A stretch of DNA of 64,000 nucleotides from Thermoplasmatota archaeon. GTDB lineage: Archaea > Thermoplasmatota > Thermoplasmata > Lutacidiplasmatales > JAMCUS01. The stretch is taken from contig JAMCUS010000024.1 in the NCBI GenBank assembly GCA_023379385.1, forward strand, positions 30,776 to 94,775, given 5' to 3'. Shown in pieces: positions 49,079 to 60,700 of this stretch. The first letter of the stretch is position 1; the number at the start of each line of letters is the position of its first letter. The translations under genes and the position numbers were made by a program. The notes below the pieces were generated by a model. That model saw nothing but the letters and a program-made list of their open reading frames with translations, made no database searches and was not told the origin of the DNA.

Positions 49079-49528
49079 TTATTCAAAATAGGTTTTATCG
49101 TTATAGATATGATGTATAAGTTCATTATCTTTAAAGTATATGCCCAATTCACGTTCTGCACTTTCTATACTGTCTGACGCATGAACTATATTCTTTCCCA
49201 TATCAAGCCCAAAATCACCCCTGATCGTTCCAGGTGAGGCATCTATTGGGTTAGTCTTTCCTACTATGGATCTGACAACCTTTATGGCATCTGAACCCTC
49301 CCATACCATTGCAATAACAGGACCGGAAGTCAAATGCTTAATTAGACCATCATAGAATGGCTTTCCTACGTGTTCTGCATAATGCTCCATTGCCATTTTT
49401 TCAGTAGGTATCAATATTTTAATACCCTGCAATCTAAGTCCTTTTAATTCTAACTTATTTATAACTATTCCAGACAATCTCCTTTCAACACCGTCTGGTT
49501 TTATCATAACAAAAGTACGTTGAATCAT
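49079..49528 (-). CDS. ndk: nucleoside diphosphate kinase
   Basis: 'RTFVMIKPDGVERRL', 'NIVHASDS' active-site His region. Confidence 0.9.
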   Translation of the reverse strand: MIQRTFVMIKPDGVERRLSGIVINKLELKGLRLQGIKILIPTEKMAMEHYAEHVGKPFYDGLIKHLTSGPVIAMVWEGSDAIKVVRSIVGKTNPIDASPGTIRGDFGLDMGKNIVHASDSIESAERELGIYFKDNELIHHIYNDKTYFE

Positions 49529-49544
49529 GCTTTCACTTTACTTA

Positions 49545-49757
49545 CTATATCTTTTTGGCACTGGTTATTCCTTTTTTATATGAGCCTGTCCATTTTACAT
49601 TTTTAGATTCTCTTTTAAGTTTAAGCTGATTTTGCTGACATTTGTGGCTGCAGAAAAAAAAGACTATACCATCCCTTTTTATATACATTTTGCCTGTACC
49701 TGGTTCAATACTTTTATTACAGAATGAACATCGTTTATGTTCTACCATCAAAATCAC
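49545..49757 (-). CDS. rpl24e: 50S ribosomal protein L24e
   Basis: '[31 protein letters not shown]' zinc ribbon of L24e. Confidence 0.9.
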   Translation of the reverse strand: MILMVEHKRCSFCNKSIEPGTGKMYIKRDGIVFFFCSHKCQQNQLKLKRESKNVKWTGSYKKGITSAKKI

Positions 49758-49975
49758 CTTATAGATAATTTCTTCGCTTCCCTTGCAGTTTCTCTCAAAA
49801 GAAGAACATCCCCAATTCTTACTGCTCCCATTACATTCCTGGTTATAATCTTTCCTTTATCTCTACCATTCAGAACCCTAACCTTAACCTGCAGGGCTTC
49901 ACCGGCCATTCCCGTTCTACCCACAATTTCTACAACCTCTGCAGGAGTTCCATTTTCATCCTCCATAAAGATCAC
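49754..49975 (-). CDS. rps28e: 30S ribosomal protein S28e
   Basis: '[25 protein letters not shown]' S28e signature. Confidence 0.9.
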   Translation of the reverse strand: MIFMEDENGTPAEVVEIVGRTGMAGEALQVKVRVLNGRDKGKIITRNVMGAVRIGDVLLLRETAREAKKLSIR

Positions 49976-50343
49976 CTTTTAATAGATGATACTGCCGCTA
50001 CAATTTCGTTAAGAATCGGTTCACCTTTACCTGGTATTATAACTGCTACAGATGAGGCATTTTTATTTATACCTGCCGATTTACCGAGTTCCTGTTTATT
50101 CTTTACGTATACATATGGAATGTTTTTTTCTTCGCAAAGCATTGGTATATGCTCAAGTATCTCTGGAGGTTGTACATCCTCTGCAATAACTACAAGCTTG
50201 GCCTCACTTCTTTCGATCATTTTCGTAACCTCATTGGTACCTTTTGCAAGTTTACCAGATGCTCCGGCTACCTTTACCAATTCATATGCTTTATCCCCTA
50301 TTTCCTTCGGAGTTTCAAATCTTATATATGATTCTTTTGCCAT
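49972..50343 (-). CDS. rpl7ae: 50S ribosomal protein L7Ae (K-turn binding)
   Basis: '[33 protein letters not shown]' L7Ae/L30e fold signature. Confidence 0.9.
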   Translation of the reverse strand: MAKESYIRFETPKEIGDKAYELVKVAGASGKLAKGTNEVTKMIERSEAKLVVIAEDVQPPEILEHIPMLCEEKNIPYVYVKNKQELGKSAGINKNASSVAVIIPGKGEPILNEIVAAVSSIKR

Positions 50344-50440
50344 ATTACACACCTCTACACTGCATAATCATGCTGTTCATTGATGTAGTGGTTAGTAATT
50401 ACTACCATCATATAAACTTTTAGTTTAAAACTATGGTGCC

Positions 50441-51000
50441 TGTGAACTACACCATGCTAAAGCATCGGAGCTTCCAGCTTCATCGTTCCAGCTTGCTCAT
50501 TTAGATGAGTAGAGGTCAGAACATCCACAGGCATTTTTACAGAGTTCCACACATGCCGTATGAATGCTATATGAGATCTAACCTCTCTCTTATGTTCAGA
50601 GCAGCGTTAAGATCCCGATCCATTACTAATCCACAGTTATTACAACTATGGATTCTCACGGATAAGTCCTTCTTTACAACTGCTCCGCAACGTGAGCATA
50701 ACTGACTTGTATCTCTTGGATTTACAAACTCTATGTATTTACCAGCATTTTAGGATTTGTGAGTACACATGTCTATCAGTTTGCTCTAGGAGGAGTCTGA
50801 TATACTGCCTGCACAGTTCCAGCTGATAGTTTAGAATTTTAGTAGTCTTTTTATTTGGATACAGTCTGTATTGATATGTGTCTATTATAGATAGACATAT
50901 ATATATGTGTAGTTATAGTTATGTTAAGGAAGATGGGGGAAGTCCATGTATCTCCATGCTAAGGCGTCGGAGTATTATAGCTTCCCCCATTCCCCTAACA
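50441..51000 (-). mobile_element. internally deleted (about 820-bp deletion) derivative of the IS200/IS605 tnpB element that retains both ends (MITE-like)
   Basis: The reverse complement of 50925-51000 equals the LE palindrome of element 1 (GGGGGAAGCTATAA...ATACATGGACTTCCCCCATCTTCC). The reverse complement of 50441-50770 equals the tnpB 3' end plus RE. Deletion junction is at about 50770. Confidence 0.65.
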
Positions 51001-51040
51001 ATCTATAAATGTTATATACTCTTTTTGATTATATTCAGTC

Positions 51041-51760
51041 ATGCAATTAAAATATTCTGTTAAAGTAATTGAAAACGTAACAGATACTGAATCTACGTAT
51101 CTACTCAGACTTGAAAGAGGAGCTTCATGGCCATTTGATTATGATCCCGGTATGTTTATAACTGTATTTATTCCACGTAACGAAAAACCGCCTTTGACAA
51201 GGTCCTATTCTATCGCATCACCACCGTCACAAAAAGGATATCTTGAACTCTGCATAAAACGTGTTGAAGGAGGATTTGGTTCCAATTATTTATGTGACAG
51301 AAAACCCGGTGATGTTTTAGATATAACAAAACCGTTAGGAGTATTCACCTTAAAAGAAACAGGACATAAAAACATTTTATTTTTAGCAACTGGTACAGGA
51401 ATTGCTCCCTTCAAATCTATGATTGAATCAATTTATGAGAATAAATTAAAAAATAAGCAGTTATGGCTATTTTTTGGTGTCAGAACACAAAAAGATATAA
51501 TCTACAGGCATAGAATGGAGGAACTTGCTGGTATAACTAAGGATTATTTTCATTATATAGTATCATTAAGTAGGGAACCTTTGGATAGCAACTGGAAAGG
51601 AGAACGTGGACATATAGAAGATATAATAAAAAAATATATTCCTGATGTTAATGATACTGATGCATATATATGTGGATTACCTGTAATGGTGAATGAAACA
51701 GTTGCACTTCTGGAAAAACTAGGAATTCCTGAAAAATATATATTTAAAGAAAGATATTAA
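51041..51760 (+). CDS. FAD/NAD(P)-binding oxidoreductase of the ferredoxin-NADP reductase family (no C-terminal Fe-S Cys cluster)
   Basis: 'RSYSIASPP' FAD-binding RxYS motif, 'LFLATGTGIAP' NAD(P) motif, 'YICGLP' motif. Confidence 0.65.
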   Translation: MQLKYSVKVIENVTDTESTYLLRLERGASWPFDYDPGMFITVFIPRNEKPPLTRSYSIASPPSQKGYLELCIKRVEGGFGSNYLCDRKPGDVLDITKPLGVFTLKETGHKNILFLATGTGIAPFKSMIESIYENKLKNKQLWLFFGVRTQKDIIYRHRMEELAGITKDYFHYIVSLSREPLDSNWKGERGHIEDIIKKYIPDVNDTDAYICGLPVMVNETVALLEKLGIPEKYIFKERY

Positions 51761-51768
51761 GAATGTTG

Positions 51769-52122
51769 TTATATGCCAAGGGTTCTTCTGGCGTCATCGC
51801 TCATTTTTTCCGGTGTCCATGGAGGATCCCAAACAATTTCTACAATTACATCCTTAACGTTCTTTATTTTTAGAAGTTCTGATTTAACCTCTTCAGCTAG
51901 CAGATCTCCTACAGGACATCCTATCGCTGTTAACGTCATTTTAACGGATACCACACCATCTTTACCAATATCAAGAGCATATATAAGACCCAGATCAACG
52001 ATATTTATTGGTATTTCTGGATCATAACAATTTTTTAAACTGTTCAATACTTCATCCTTTGAAATGGTTGACTTTTGTTCTCTGGTATTTTGGCGTTCTT
52101 TTTCATCGTTCATATGCATCAA
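51769..52122 (-). CDS. DUF59/MIP18-family Fe-S cluster assembly protein
   Basis: 'CYDPEIPINIVDLGLIY...LTAIGCPVGD' DUF59 signature with conserved Cys. Confidence 0.65.
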   Translation of the reverse strand: MMHMNDEKERQNTREQKSTISKDEVLNSLKNCYDPEIPINIVDLGLIYALDIGKDGVVSVKMTLTAIGCPVGDLLAEEVKSELLKIKNVKDVIVEIVWDPPWTPEKMSDDARRTLGI

Positions 52123-52358
52123 ATCAACATATCTATACAGAATATATAATGTTTGTTTTTACTCAACGCTTATATTTGTAAAAATTCCCATCTTAACACC
52201 TCAATTAACCCTGTATAAGTAACCTATATGCCAGTATCAAAGTTACAGTGCTATCTCCATTTTTAAATGAACAACCTATAGTATACATGTGCTTGATAGC
52301 CCGTTTTAAAATTTTTTGAAACTCAACTTTAAATATTATGGTTTTAATTATCTGTCTG

Positions 52359-53258
52359 ATGCATATTGAAGTAAAAAAAATATCAAAGATTTATGAAAAT
52401 AATAAATACGCTTTAAAAGGAATCTCCCTTGATATAGACGCGAACGGCGTATTCTCTATTATTGGAAAGAATGGCGCAGGTAAAACTACGTTGGTTAGAA
52501 TACTGGCAACACAGCTTATGCCCACATCTGGATATGCAAAAATAAATGGATATGATCTATTAACAGAGTCCAAAAAGATAAGAAGGTTTATAGCGGCTGT
52601 ACCACAGGAAGCAAGAACCATACCATGGCTTACACCTATTCAAACTGTATTATCGTACCTAATGTGGAGAGGTTACTCTTACAGTGAAGCAAAAGAAAAA
52701 GCCAAGGATTCACTAAGAATGCTTAATCTTGAAGACATTGAAAATAAAAAAACTAGAAAATTATCAGGCGGACAAAAACGAAAAGTAATTGTAGCTACAA
52801 TATTGGCTAGCGACGCTACGCTTATTTTTTTAGATGAGCCAACAACAGGGCTAGACTACCTGTCAAGAAAAGAGTTGTGGAATCTACTATATACAATGAA
52901 AAAAGATAGATTGATTATCCTCACTACACATTATCTGGAGGAAGCAGAAAATTTAGGGGATACAATATGCATACTCAATAAAGGAAGGGTAGTTGATATG
53001 GGAACTATTTTGGAATTAAGAAAGAAAATTAAATATTCATATTGCATGAAGGTTTTTTCTAACGATTTTAAAATTAGCAACTTGGACGGATATATAAAAA
53101 GGGTATCCTCCAATGAAATACAAATTTTTACATCTGGAAAATATGTTTACGATATAGCAAACAGACTTATATCTGAAAAAATACGATTTACCTTTCAGGA
53201 AGTATCATTAACAAATATATTTGAATTCTTGCTGGAGGACGATATTGATGTGCAGTAA
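52359..53258 (+). CDS. ABC transporter ATP-binding protein (ABC-2 type)
   Basis: Walker A 'GKNGAGKTT', signature 'LSGGQKRKV', Walker B 'LIFLDEPTTGLD'. Confidence 0.85.
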   Translation: MHIEVKKISKIYENNKYALKGISLDIDANGVFSIIGKNGAGKTTLVRILATQLMPTSGYAKINGYDLLTESKKIRRFIAAVPQEARTIPWLTPIQTVLSYLMWRGYSYSEAKEKAKDSLRMLNLEDIENKKTRKLSGGQKRKVIVATILASDATLIFLDEPTTGLDYLSRKELWNLLYTMKKDRLIILTTHYLEEAENLGDTICILNKGRVVDMGTILELRKKIKYSYCMKVFSNDFKISNLDGYIKRVSSNEIQIFTSGKYVYDIANRLISEKIRFTFQEVSLTNIFEFLLEDDIDVQ

Positions 53259-53997
53259 ATATCATGCCTTGAACCAGATTATTGCATCAATACTGGTCAA
53301 TTCAATTTATGCCATGATAAATTATCCTGTTGTGTTAATAAATACTTTGTTAGCACCTTTATCATTATTAATCATAGTTACATTTGCCAGTCATGGCACG
53401 TTATTGCCAATTGCTGCAGAGGGTGCTATTATCATGAACGTAATATCCAGTGGAACCTCTTTACAAGGCGACCTTTCACATCTCAAAAATGATATGAAGG
53501 TCCAGGAGATGATAGTAAGTTCACCTACAGGTGCTGGTATTTACGTTACAGGTATGGCGATCTCAGAGCTGGTTTATTCTATTCCGACCCTGTCTGTTTT
53601 GGTAATTTTGAATATTATTTTCGTTAAAGTTACATATCTTGCTGGTCTGTATATATGCATGGATGTAGGCGTGGTGTTTATATTTTCTACATCACTTGGT
53701 TTTTTATTATCCACGTTTTCCTCCGATATTGTAGAGAGCTGGGCGTTCAGTGGAATATTATCACCACTACTAGCTACGATACCACCAGTATATTACCCTA
53801 TAAGCTATATTCCATACCCATACAGATACCTAGCATATCTATCTCCGACTACATATGCGGCAGAAATAGCCCAAAGTGCTGCAGGACTTGTTTACATCAG
53901 CTACGTGAATCTTATATTAGCATGGGGCATACTTATATCTGTTACCTTTTTTGTTTTATTTATTGCAATAACTCGATCCAGATGGGTTGATGTATGA
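53248..53997 (+). CDS. ABC-2 type transporter permease
   Basis: Six predicted TM helices immediately downstream of, and overlapping, the ATPase gene. Confidence 0.6.
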   Translation: MCSKYHALNQIIASILVNSIYAMINYPVVLINTLLAPLSLLIIVTFASHGTLLPIAAEGAIIMNVISSGTSLQGDLSHLKNDMKVQEMIVSSPTGAGIYVTGMAISELVYSIPTLSVLVILNIIFVKVTYLAGLYICMDVGVVFIFSTSLGFLLSTFSSDIVESWAFSGILSPLLATIPPVYYPISYIPYPYRYLAYLSPTTYAAEIAQSAAGLVYISYVNLILAWGILISVTFFVLFIAITRSRWVDV

Positions 53998-54115
53998 AAA
54001 TAGCTTGTTTTAATATTTTACAAAATCCATAAAATATCTATGTAACAAATATATATATGTTCTAAACGCTCTATGTTATATGTAACAACCATGAAATTTA
54101 AATGAAGGAGTCTTC

Positions 54116-55930
54116 ATGAGCATAGTGTCTGATACCATTAAAAGGTTTTCTTCTGTTTCTTTAGAGAATTTTAAGGAATTCTGGAATTTTAATAAAGATA
54201 TATTAAATGAGGTTGACAAAATATTGAATGAAAAACTTACAATTGATCTATTATTAAAGTTATCACCCCTCAACTGGTTTATAATAAGGTCCTATCTTAC
54301 CTTGGATACCAAAATAATCTACAGCATAAAGAACGTATCTTATAGAGATATCACCCCTTTAATCTACACAACCATTCTACTTCCGATAGACAATACAGTA
54401 CTAACTCGCGCTAGGGATAGATCAAATGATATTCCTGATTTTGATGACTTTTATATAAATCCATATATTAAAAATAAACTTTTTAATTTAATGTTTAATG
54501 ATGTATCTTTTAAAAAGAATGAAAGTATAGATCTTGCCGATGACCTTAAGGTACAGCTATCGATACCCGTAATATTGGCGGAATCTAAGAAACAGAGAAT
54601 AGAAATTACCCAGAACAGGTTAATATCAAAAAAATCAATAGAAAATTTAGCTAAATTAACAAATCTGGATATTCCTGCAGCAAGATACCTCATAAAAACA
54701 ATTGCACATGAAGGATACATGGATATTGTAAATAACAGACTGATTATAAATTCAGAAGGAGTAAAGCTTTTAAAATATAGCATCTGTGACATATGGAAAA
54801 TCATTTCCAAATCAGTTATATCTTATCTTGAAAAAAGTCAGGATTATTTTTATATATTATATTTGATTATTGGTTCTGTACCAAAGGATAAATCTGTTAA
54901 TCTCAATCATTTTATGTGGAATTTATATCTCAATATATGGAGATTGGGTAAGAAAGTATGGATTGATGATTCAAATATTATAATCAACTGGCTTACTCCG
55001 CTTCATTACCTTTCGCTTATAAGATTGTCAGGAAAAAGAGAGAATATAAAAATAGGGATAAGCGATGAACTTAAAAACATTATTAAAGATAATATAAAAG
55101 TAAATAGTGCATTTCCTACCAATAAATTTTATATTTTACAGAATAATGAGGTACACATATATTCTTTGGAATCTGCTGGCAATATTCTATACACAGGTGC
55201 ATTAACTGGAATACTGGATACACTGGACAGAATATCTATTTTCAGGATAACCTCTGATTCATTGAAAACAGCCTTGATATCTGGGTTAAGCATGGAAGAT
55301 GCCAATTATTTTTTTAATAATGCAAAAACAAAAATATCTGATAATTTAAGGTATCTGGTAAAGACTATCTACAAAGATATATCACATTTTGATGTGAAAA
55401 AAGGTACTGTTTTTATATGCAGGACTCGTTTAGATTGCGAAATCATCAAAAAAAACGGTGGTGATTGTGTTGAATGGATTACTAAGAATATTGCAATTGT
55501 AACCAATAATGACAAAGCCGAAACCATCATAAACATGCTTGTAAGTGCAGGATTATTGATAAGCCACACACCTGAGGTTACAGAAAAGTACAGTGGTATG
55601 GAGGATATTCCATTATCAGATGGTATGAAATGGATGATAACATATATGCCCAGGTATATCATATCTGATCTATACGAATGGAATCAATTAGATAGCAGGA
55701 ATGAGAGTGAGATGTCAGTTATAGATGCCAACGATATTTTAAAATTTATAAAGAATGCCGTTGATAAAAAAATGGCAATAACAGTTTCATATTTTAATGA
55801 CAAAGGGAGAATAAATAATGTTTCAATTGTTCCAGTGAACCTTATTAATAACAGCTACATTGCCTGTCTTTCAAAAAATAAAAAAATAACCATAAATATA
55901 AATCACATTATCTCTATAAAAAAATCATAA
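54116..55930 (+). CDS. hypothetical protein (604 aa, soluble, no recognisable catalytic motif)
   Basis: Long ORF with good coding periodicity. No Walker or metal motifs. Confidence 0.4.
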   Translation: MSIVSDTIKRFSSVSLENFKEFWNFNKDILNEVDKILNEKLTIDLLLKLSPLNWFIIRSYLTLDTKIIYSIKNVSYRDITPLIYTTILLPIDNTVLTRARDRSNDIPDFDDFYINPYIKNKLFNLMFNDVSFKKNESIDLADDLKVQLSIPVILAESKKQRIEITQNRLISKKSIENLAKLTNLDIPAARYLIKTIAHEGYMDIVNNRLIINSEGVKLLKYSICDIWKIISKSVISYLEKSQDYFYILYLIIGSVPKDKSVNLNHFMWNLYLNIWRLGKKVWIDDSNIIINWLTPLHYLSLIRLSGKRENIKIGISDELKNIIKDNIKVNSAFPTNKFYILQNNEVHIYSLESAGNILYTGALTGILDTLDRISIFRITSDSLKTALISGLSMEDANYFFNNAKTKISDNLRYLVKTIYKDISHFDVKKGTVFICRTRLDCEIIKKNGGDCVEWITKNIAIVTNNDKAETIINMLVSAGLLISHTPEVTEKYSGMEDIPLSDGMKWMITYMPRYIISDLYEWNQLDSRNESEMSVIDANDILKFIKNAVDKKMAITVSYFNDKGRINNVSIVPVNLINNSYIACLSKNKKITININHIISIKKS

Positions 55931-56419
55931 CTCGCCACTTTCAATTTTCCATGTTTTATCTCCTATGTAATGGATCGTAGCTACCACTTTTCCAGTAATC
56001 TTTGTTATAATTTCATTACCGTCTTTCAGTGCAATACCTATTGCAAGTGGTTTCTTATGTACCTCCTCGTTTATCCATACAATATCATCTGTTTTTATAT
56101 CCAGATCACAGTTAACAACGCCTCTGCCCATAACATCTGCACCGTTTACAATAAAACTGACAGCACCACTATCTACGGTAACAAATTTTTTATTCAATGG
56201 ATGCTTTAAAATCTGTGAAATAGAGAGCATATACTGTTCATTTTTTTCTATAACAGCTATTTTATTGTCCGCAAGTATTAGATTAAATGATCCTGTGTTT
56301 TCTACCCTTTCAACGTTGAGAGTATTGAACCTATAATTTATTCCCAGAGCTTCCTCCATCTTTTTTTCTATAACGTGTATCTCTTTCTCTCTAATCCTTA
56401 TTCTGTTTTTCCATATCAT
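55925..56419 (-). CDS. PUA-domain protein (archaeal Nip7-like ribosome biogenesis factor)
   Basis: About 164 aa, C-terminal PUA-like 'GADVMGRGVV...VWINEEVHKKPLAIGIA'. Confidence 0.45.
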   Translation of the reverse strand: MIWKNRIRIREKEIHVIEKKMEEALGINYRFNTLNVERVENTGSFNLILADNKIAVIEKNEQYMLSISQILKHPLNKKFVTVDSGAVSFIVNGADVMGRGVVNCDLDIKTDDIVWINEEVHKKPLAIGIALKDGNEIITKITGKVVATIHYIGDKTWKIESGEL

Positions 56420-56425
56420 TGTTAT

Positions 56426-56929
56426 TCATACCTTATCCTTTTCAATTCTAAGGGTTGAAAGCATTTTATCCCTTGATTCAACACCATATAATTTATAAAA
56501 TTTATCTGATACATAAAGTGTATCTATCCTACCTTCCTTTACAACCCTGATATATTTCATCTTCTTAAGTTCCTGTAAGACTTCTATGTAGGATTTACCA
56601 AGTGCGGATATTATATCCTTCTGCTTCACAGGTTCTCTAAACATAACAAAAATAAGCAATTTTAACTGCTTTTCTGTAAATGGAATGTTTACCATTTTTT
56701 TAACAAGTTCCTTGTACCTGTCTTTTAATTTTATAAATATAAATTTATCTTTTCTAACTATTTCAAGAGCACTACCCCTTTCGTCGTAGTCCTTTATCAG
56801 AAGGTCTATTGCTTCATCAAGCTCCTCATTGCTATGTATACTTGCCTTCTCCATAACCTCTACATAGCTGCATGGAGATGGATAAAGGTATAATATGGCT
56901 TCAATCTTTTTTGCACTTTCACTTAACAT
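56426..56929 (-). CDS. scpB: segregation and condensation protein B (ScpB, tandem wHTH)
   Basis: 'KKIEAILYLYPSPCSYVEVMEKA' ScpB N-terminus. Position is immediately downstream of scpA and smc. Confidence 0.6.
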   Translation of the reverse strand: MLSESAKKIEAILYLYPSPCSYVEVMEKASIHSNEELDEAIDLLIKDYDERGSALEIVRKDKFIFIKLKDRYKELVKKMVNIPFTEKQLKLLIFVMFREPVKQKDIISALGKSYIEVLQELKKMKYIRVVKEGRIDTLYVSDKFYKLYGVESRDKMLSTLRIEKDKV

Positions 56930-57765
56930 TAATTCAAGGTCCTCCGTATCTGTATACCTCCATAGGAATGTTTTTGTATGATTTTAATTTTGCCGTAGTA
57001 GATAAGAAATAACATAGCTACGAAATACCTGACGGTTTTATCAATATTATTCCTGCATAACTCTTCAAATGATATCTCCACATCCCCTTTATATGTGCTA
57101 ATTAAAGATAACAGTTCATTCATATCGTCTGTTATACTTTCTCCATGGACCTCTATTTTAAATTCAAATAAGGTTTTATCTTTAACTATATTCTTTTTAC
57201 TATATTTTTTATCCTCAATATAGATATTTTCTATCTCTTCTACTATATCCAGAAGTGTTAACGTTCTAGGAGTAAAATCCAGTTTAGCAACCTCTTCGGA
57301 TAATTTGATCATATCCATATCAACAGAATTGATATAATCGTATCCATAATCAACTGTATCCTCCTCCTGGGGGCTAATCTTTTTAAGAACCTGTTCTGAT
57401 TGTAACTGTAGCACATTCCATGCTAGGTGTATAAGTTTACCAGCATTTACTATGTTTACAAAATTTTCTTTAATATGTTTGAAATAGATTTCAGAGAACT
57501 TTGTAAGATCTATATCCCAGGGATCAAAATCTCCATCTATAATGACTTCAAAAAGAGATATCAATGCTCTATCCACAGGATCATCAATATGAGCGTATCT
57601 TCCTTCTCCAACGCTTTTCACTATGCCTATATATCTGGATAATCTGTTGTCATCATCTTCCGATATAATTGATTGGTTGAATAGCAGGTAATTCATTATT
57701 TTTTCATAATTGTTTACCTCTACAATGCTGTTTATTTCTCCATTTTGAGGTATTATACTTGCCAT
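56929..57765 (-). CDS. scpA: segregation and condensation protein A (ScpA kleisin)
   Basis: Size and position between smc and scpB. N-terminal helical 'LLFNQSI...' region. Confidence 0.55.
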   Translation of the reverse strand: MASIIPQNGEINSIVEVNNYEKIMNYLLFNQSIISEDDDNRLSRYIGIVKSVGEGRYAHIDDPVDRALISLFEVIIDGDFDPWDIDLTKFSEIYFKHIKENFVNIVNAGKLIHLAWNVLQLQSEQVLKKISPQEEDTVDYGYDYINSVDMDMIKLSEEVAKLDFTPRTLTLLDIVEEIENIYIEDKKYSKKNIVKDKTLFEFKIEVHGESITDDMNELLSLISTYKGDVEISFEELCRNNIDKTVRYFVAMLFLIYYGKIKIIQKHSYGGIQIRRTLN

Positions 57766-60700
57766 TAAGCAACACCACCTTCTCCTTCTTTGCCTATCGC
57801 AGTATCTGGTATTTCATGATCCTTTATAGATATAATATCCTTTGATATAATCATAGAGATCCCATCTCCCTGCTGGGTTACCCCGTATATTCTATCTGCC
57901 TCTCTTAATGTAGCTTTTCGTAGCGATATCATCACGATCTGCGTATTCTCTGATAATCTCTTTATCATCTTGCCAATTCTTTCTGCACTCACTGCATCCA
58001 GAAACATATCCACTTCATCCAAAACATAGAATGGTGATGGCAGATATTTCTGTATTGACATAATGAAGGTAAGCGATGTTAAGCTTTTTTCACCACCTGA
58101 TAAGGCTTCAATTCTTTGCACTTTCTTGCCAATTGGTTTTGCTTTAATTATCAGACCACCGTTAAATGGGTCTTCATAGTTATCAAGAAGTATCTCTGCC
58201 TCACCACCTGAAGATAGAATACCATATATCTCTTTGAAATTTTTATTAATTTCGTAAAATACCTGAAGGAATCTGTTCTTTTTTTCTATGTTTATCTCTT
58301 CCGTTACCTTCTGTATCTCTTTTTTCTCTAAATCCATCTTGTCAAGGGACTGGACAAGCTCATCCAGTCTATGCCTAATCTCCTGATATTCCTCAATAGC
58401 TTTCATGTTTACATTACCCATCTCTTTGAGCATACGTTCCTGGTTGTTTACTGTAGAGATTAGTTCATCCTTACTAACATTTTTGAAATTCTCTTTCATT
58501 TCCATCTTGAGTTCTGGTTCTATAATTTTTATCTCTTCCTGAATTTCCTTGCATTTAGATGTTAATGTATCTACAACAATCTGTCTGTTGCTGATATTTC
58601 CCTTAATAGCTTCCCTTTTTGTATTTAACCTATCTATTTCTTTTTTCTGTTTTTCCAGTTGTTCCTTAAGCTCTCCGTATTGGCTTATTATTGATGATAT
58701 TAACAATTCTGAACTTTTTATCTTATCCCGTGTAACATCAAGCTCTTTTTTGATTTTGTTAAGTTCATCTTTATTATTAGCCATATTATAGGTAAATATT
58801 TTAATTTCATCTTCAAGTTCATGAATCCTCTTATTTTCATTCTCAATAGTTGTACTGAGTTCTACAATTGAACTGGTAAGTCCATTGATCTCCTTCTGAT
58901 ACGTTTCTCTCAATTTTTCTAATTTTTCTAGATTGTTAACAATTTCTTTGGGAGCTTTATTTAATAACTCTTCTTTAATATTTTTATAATCCGCATTTAA
59001 TTTGCTGACCGATTCATTAAATGATTCCAAATCCCTTTCCACCTTCGATATTTCATCTGTATATCCGTTAATATCCTTATCAAGCATCTCTGCTTTGCTG
59101 GTATTCACGTTATAATCCTTTTTAAGTTTTATTAGTTCATCAGCACCAGTTCTGCTTTTCTCATTCAACTTTCCTATCTCTACCATATTTATATTTAGTT
59201 TTGCTTCTATATCTTTTAAATAAATATCTACATCCGCCTTCTTTTGCTTAAGCATATCCAGTCTGGATTCAAGCTTATTTATAGTTAGAAGCAGATTCTC
59301 AAGATCGGTAGCATTTGCGCTACTTCCAAATGTGATATTGGATTCACGTGTGAACCCACCTATCATGGCACCGTTTGCTTCTATAAGGTCTCCGTCAACA
59401 GTTATCAGCCTTACACCTCCCATAACTGATTTTGCACTTTCAATAGAGTCCACAAGAACCGTATCCCCCACTGCATACCATATTGCTTTTCTATACTCTT
59501 CGTTGAATTTAATGATCTCTATTAACATGCCTATTGCATGCTCATTCTTGCATACCATCAATGCCTTTCCTCTGGGTCTACCATCTAACAATTTATTTAG
59601 AGGTAAAAAAGTGGTTCTACCCAATTTTTTTTCCTTAAGATAGGATATGCATTCTGAAGCTACATTCTCATCCCTAACAACAACAGAGTTTATTCTGCTA
59701 CCTATTGCAACAAGTACCGCTTTTCTATATTTTTCATCTACGGATATAAGTTCTTTTATGTGTCCTATTATTCCCTCTATAGAACCACTATTTCTGAGAG
59801 ATATTATGTACTCGCTTCCGTCTGATGTTGTAAGAATCTCTTTTTTTCCCTCCAATTTTCCCCTGTCACGTGTAAGAGTCCTGAGTTTACCCTCAATCTC
59901 CTCTTTTTCCTTCTCTATTGACGTTAGTTCTCCCCTGTTTTTATAAAATTGATTTTTCAGTTCTTCTGTTTCCTTCTCCAGTTTTGTTATATTGCCCGAT
60001 TTAATATATTTTTCAAGGTCAGTAATCTCAAACTTTATTCTTTTACATTCTTCATCTATTTCTGATTTTTCAACAATTTTTTTATCCTTTTCCTTGCGAA
60101 GCTGTTCCATCCTTTCGTTGGTTAGCTGGATCATCTCTTTCATCTTTTCCAGTTCCTTTTCAATGGATATTCTTCTCTTTTCCAGTTCATTGTATTCCAT
60201 GAGGTTGCTTGTATGATTCTTTTTTAATAAAGTAAGTTCATCATCTACGGTCTTGAATCTGTTCTCTTTATCCTCTTTATCAGTTTTGAGTGAGTCAATC
60301 TTATCCCTGTATTCAATAATCCTTTTTTTTCTTTTTTCAATCTCAGTTTTGCTTGTGTTCATATTGGAATTGATATCTTTTATTCCTGCTTCTATATTTT
60401 CCATTTTCTCTGTTAACTTGGCCTCCATAATAGCATTTTGCTGATACTCTTTTGAAGTTACCTCGTTCTTATATTGCTCCTTTTCATTAATCTTTGATAT
60501 GAGATTGCTCTGTTCTTTCTGTGCCTCTGTCAGATCATCGTCAACTTTTTTAAGTTCCTCTTTATAATGTTCTACCTCACTTCCAGTCTCTTTTATCTGA
60601 TTCATCAAACCATCTATTGATTTAACCTTATCCAGATATTCCTTCCACTTAATTGCCAGTCTCTCTTCCTCCATTTTAGATAAAATATCTCTGTATTTTT

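Noticed and set aside
50505-50705. 66-aa ORF on the + strand
   Set aside because: Lies antisense within the tnpB 3' remnant of the deleted IS copy; no coding support.
51041-51760. Considered calling the FNR-like protein PyrK (dihydroorotate dehydrogenase electron-transfer subunit), because pyrC is 6 kb away
   Set aside because: No C-terminal Cys cluster for a 2Fe-2S centre and no adjacent pyrD; kept as a generic FNR-family oxidoreductase.
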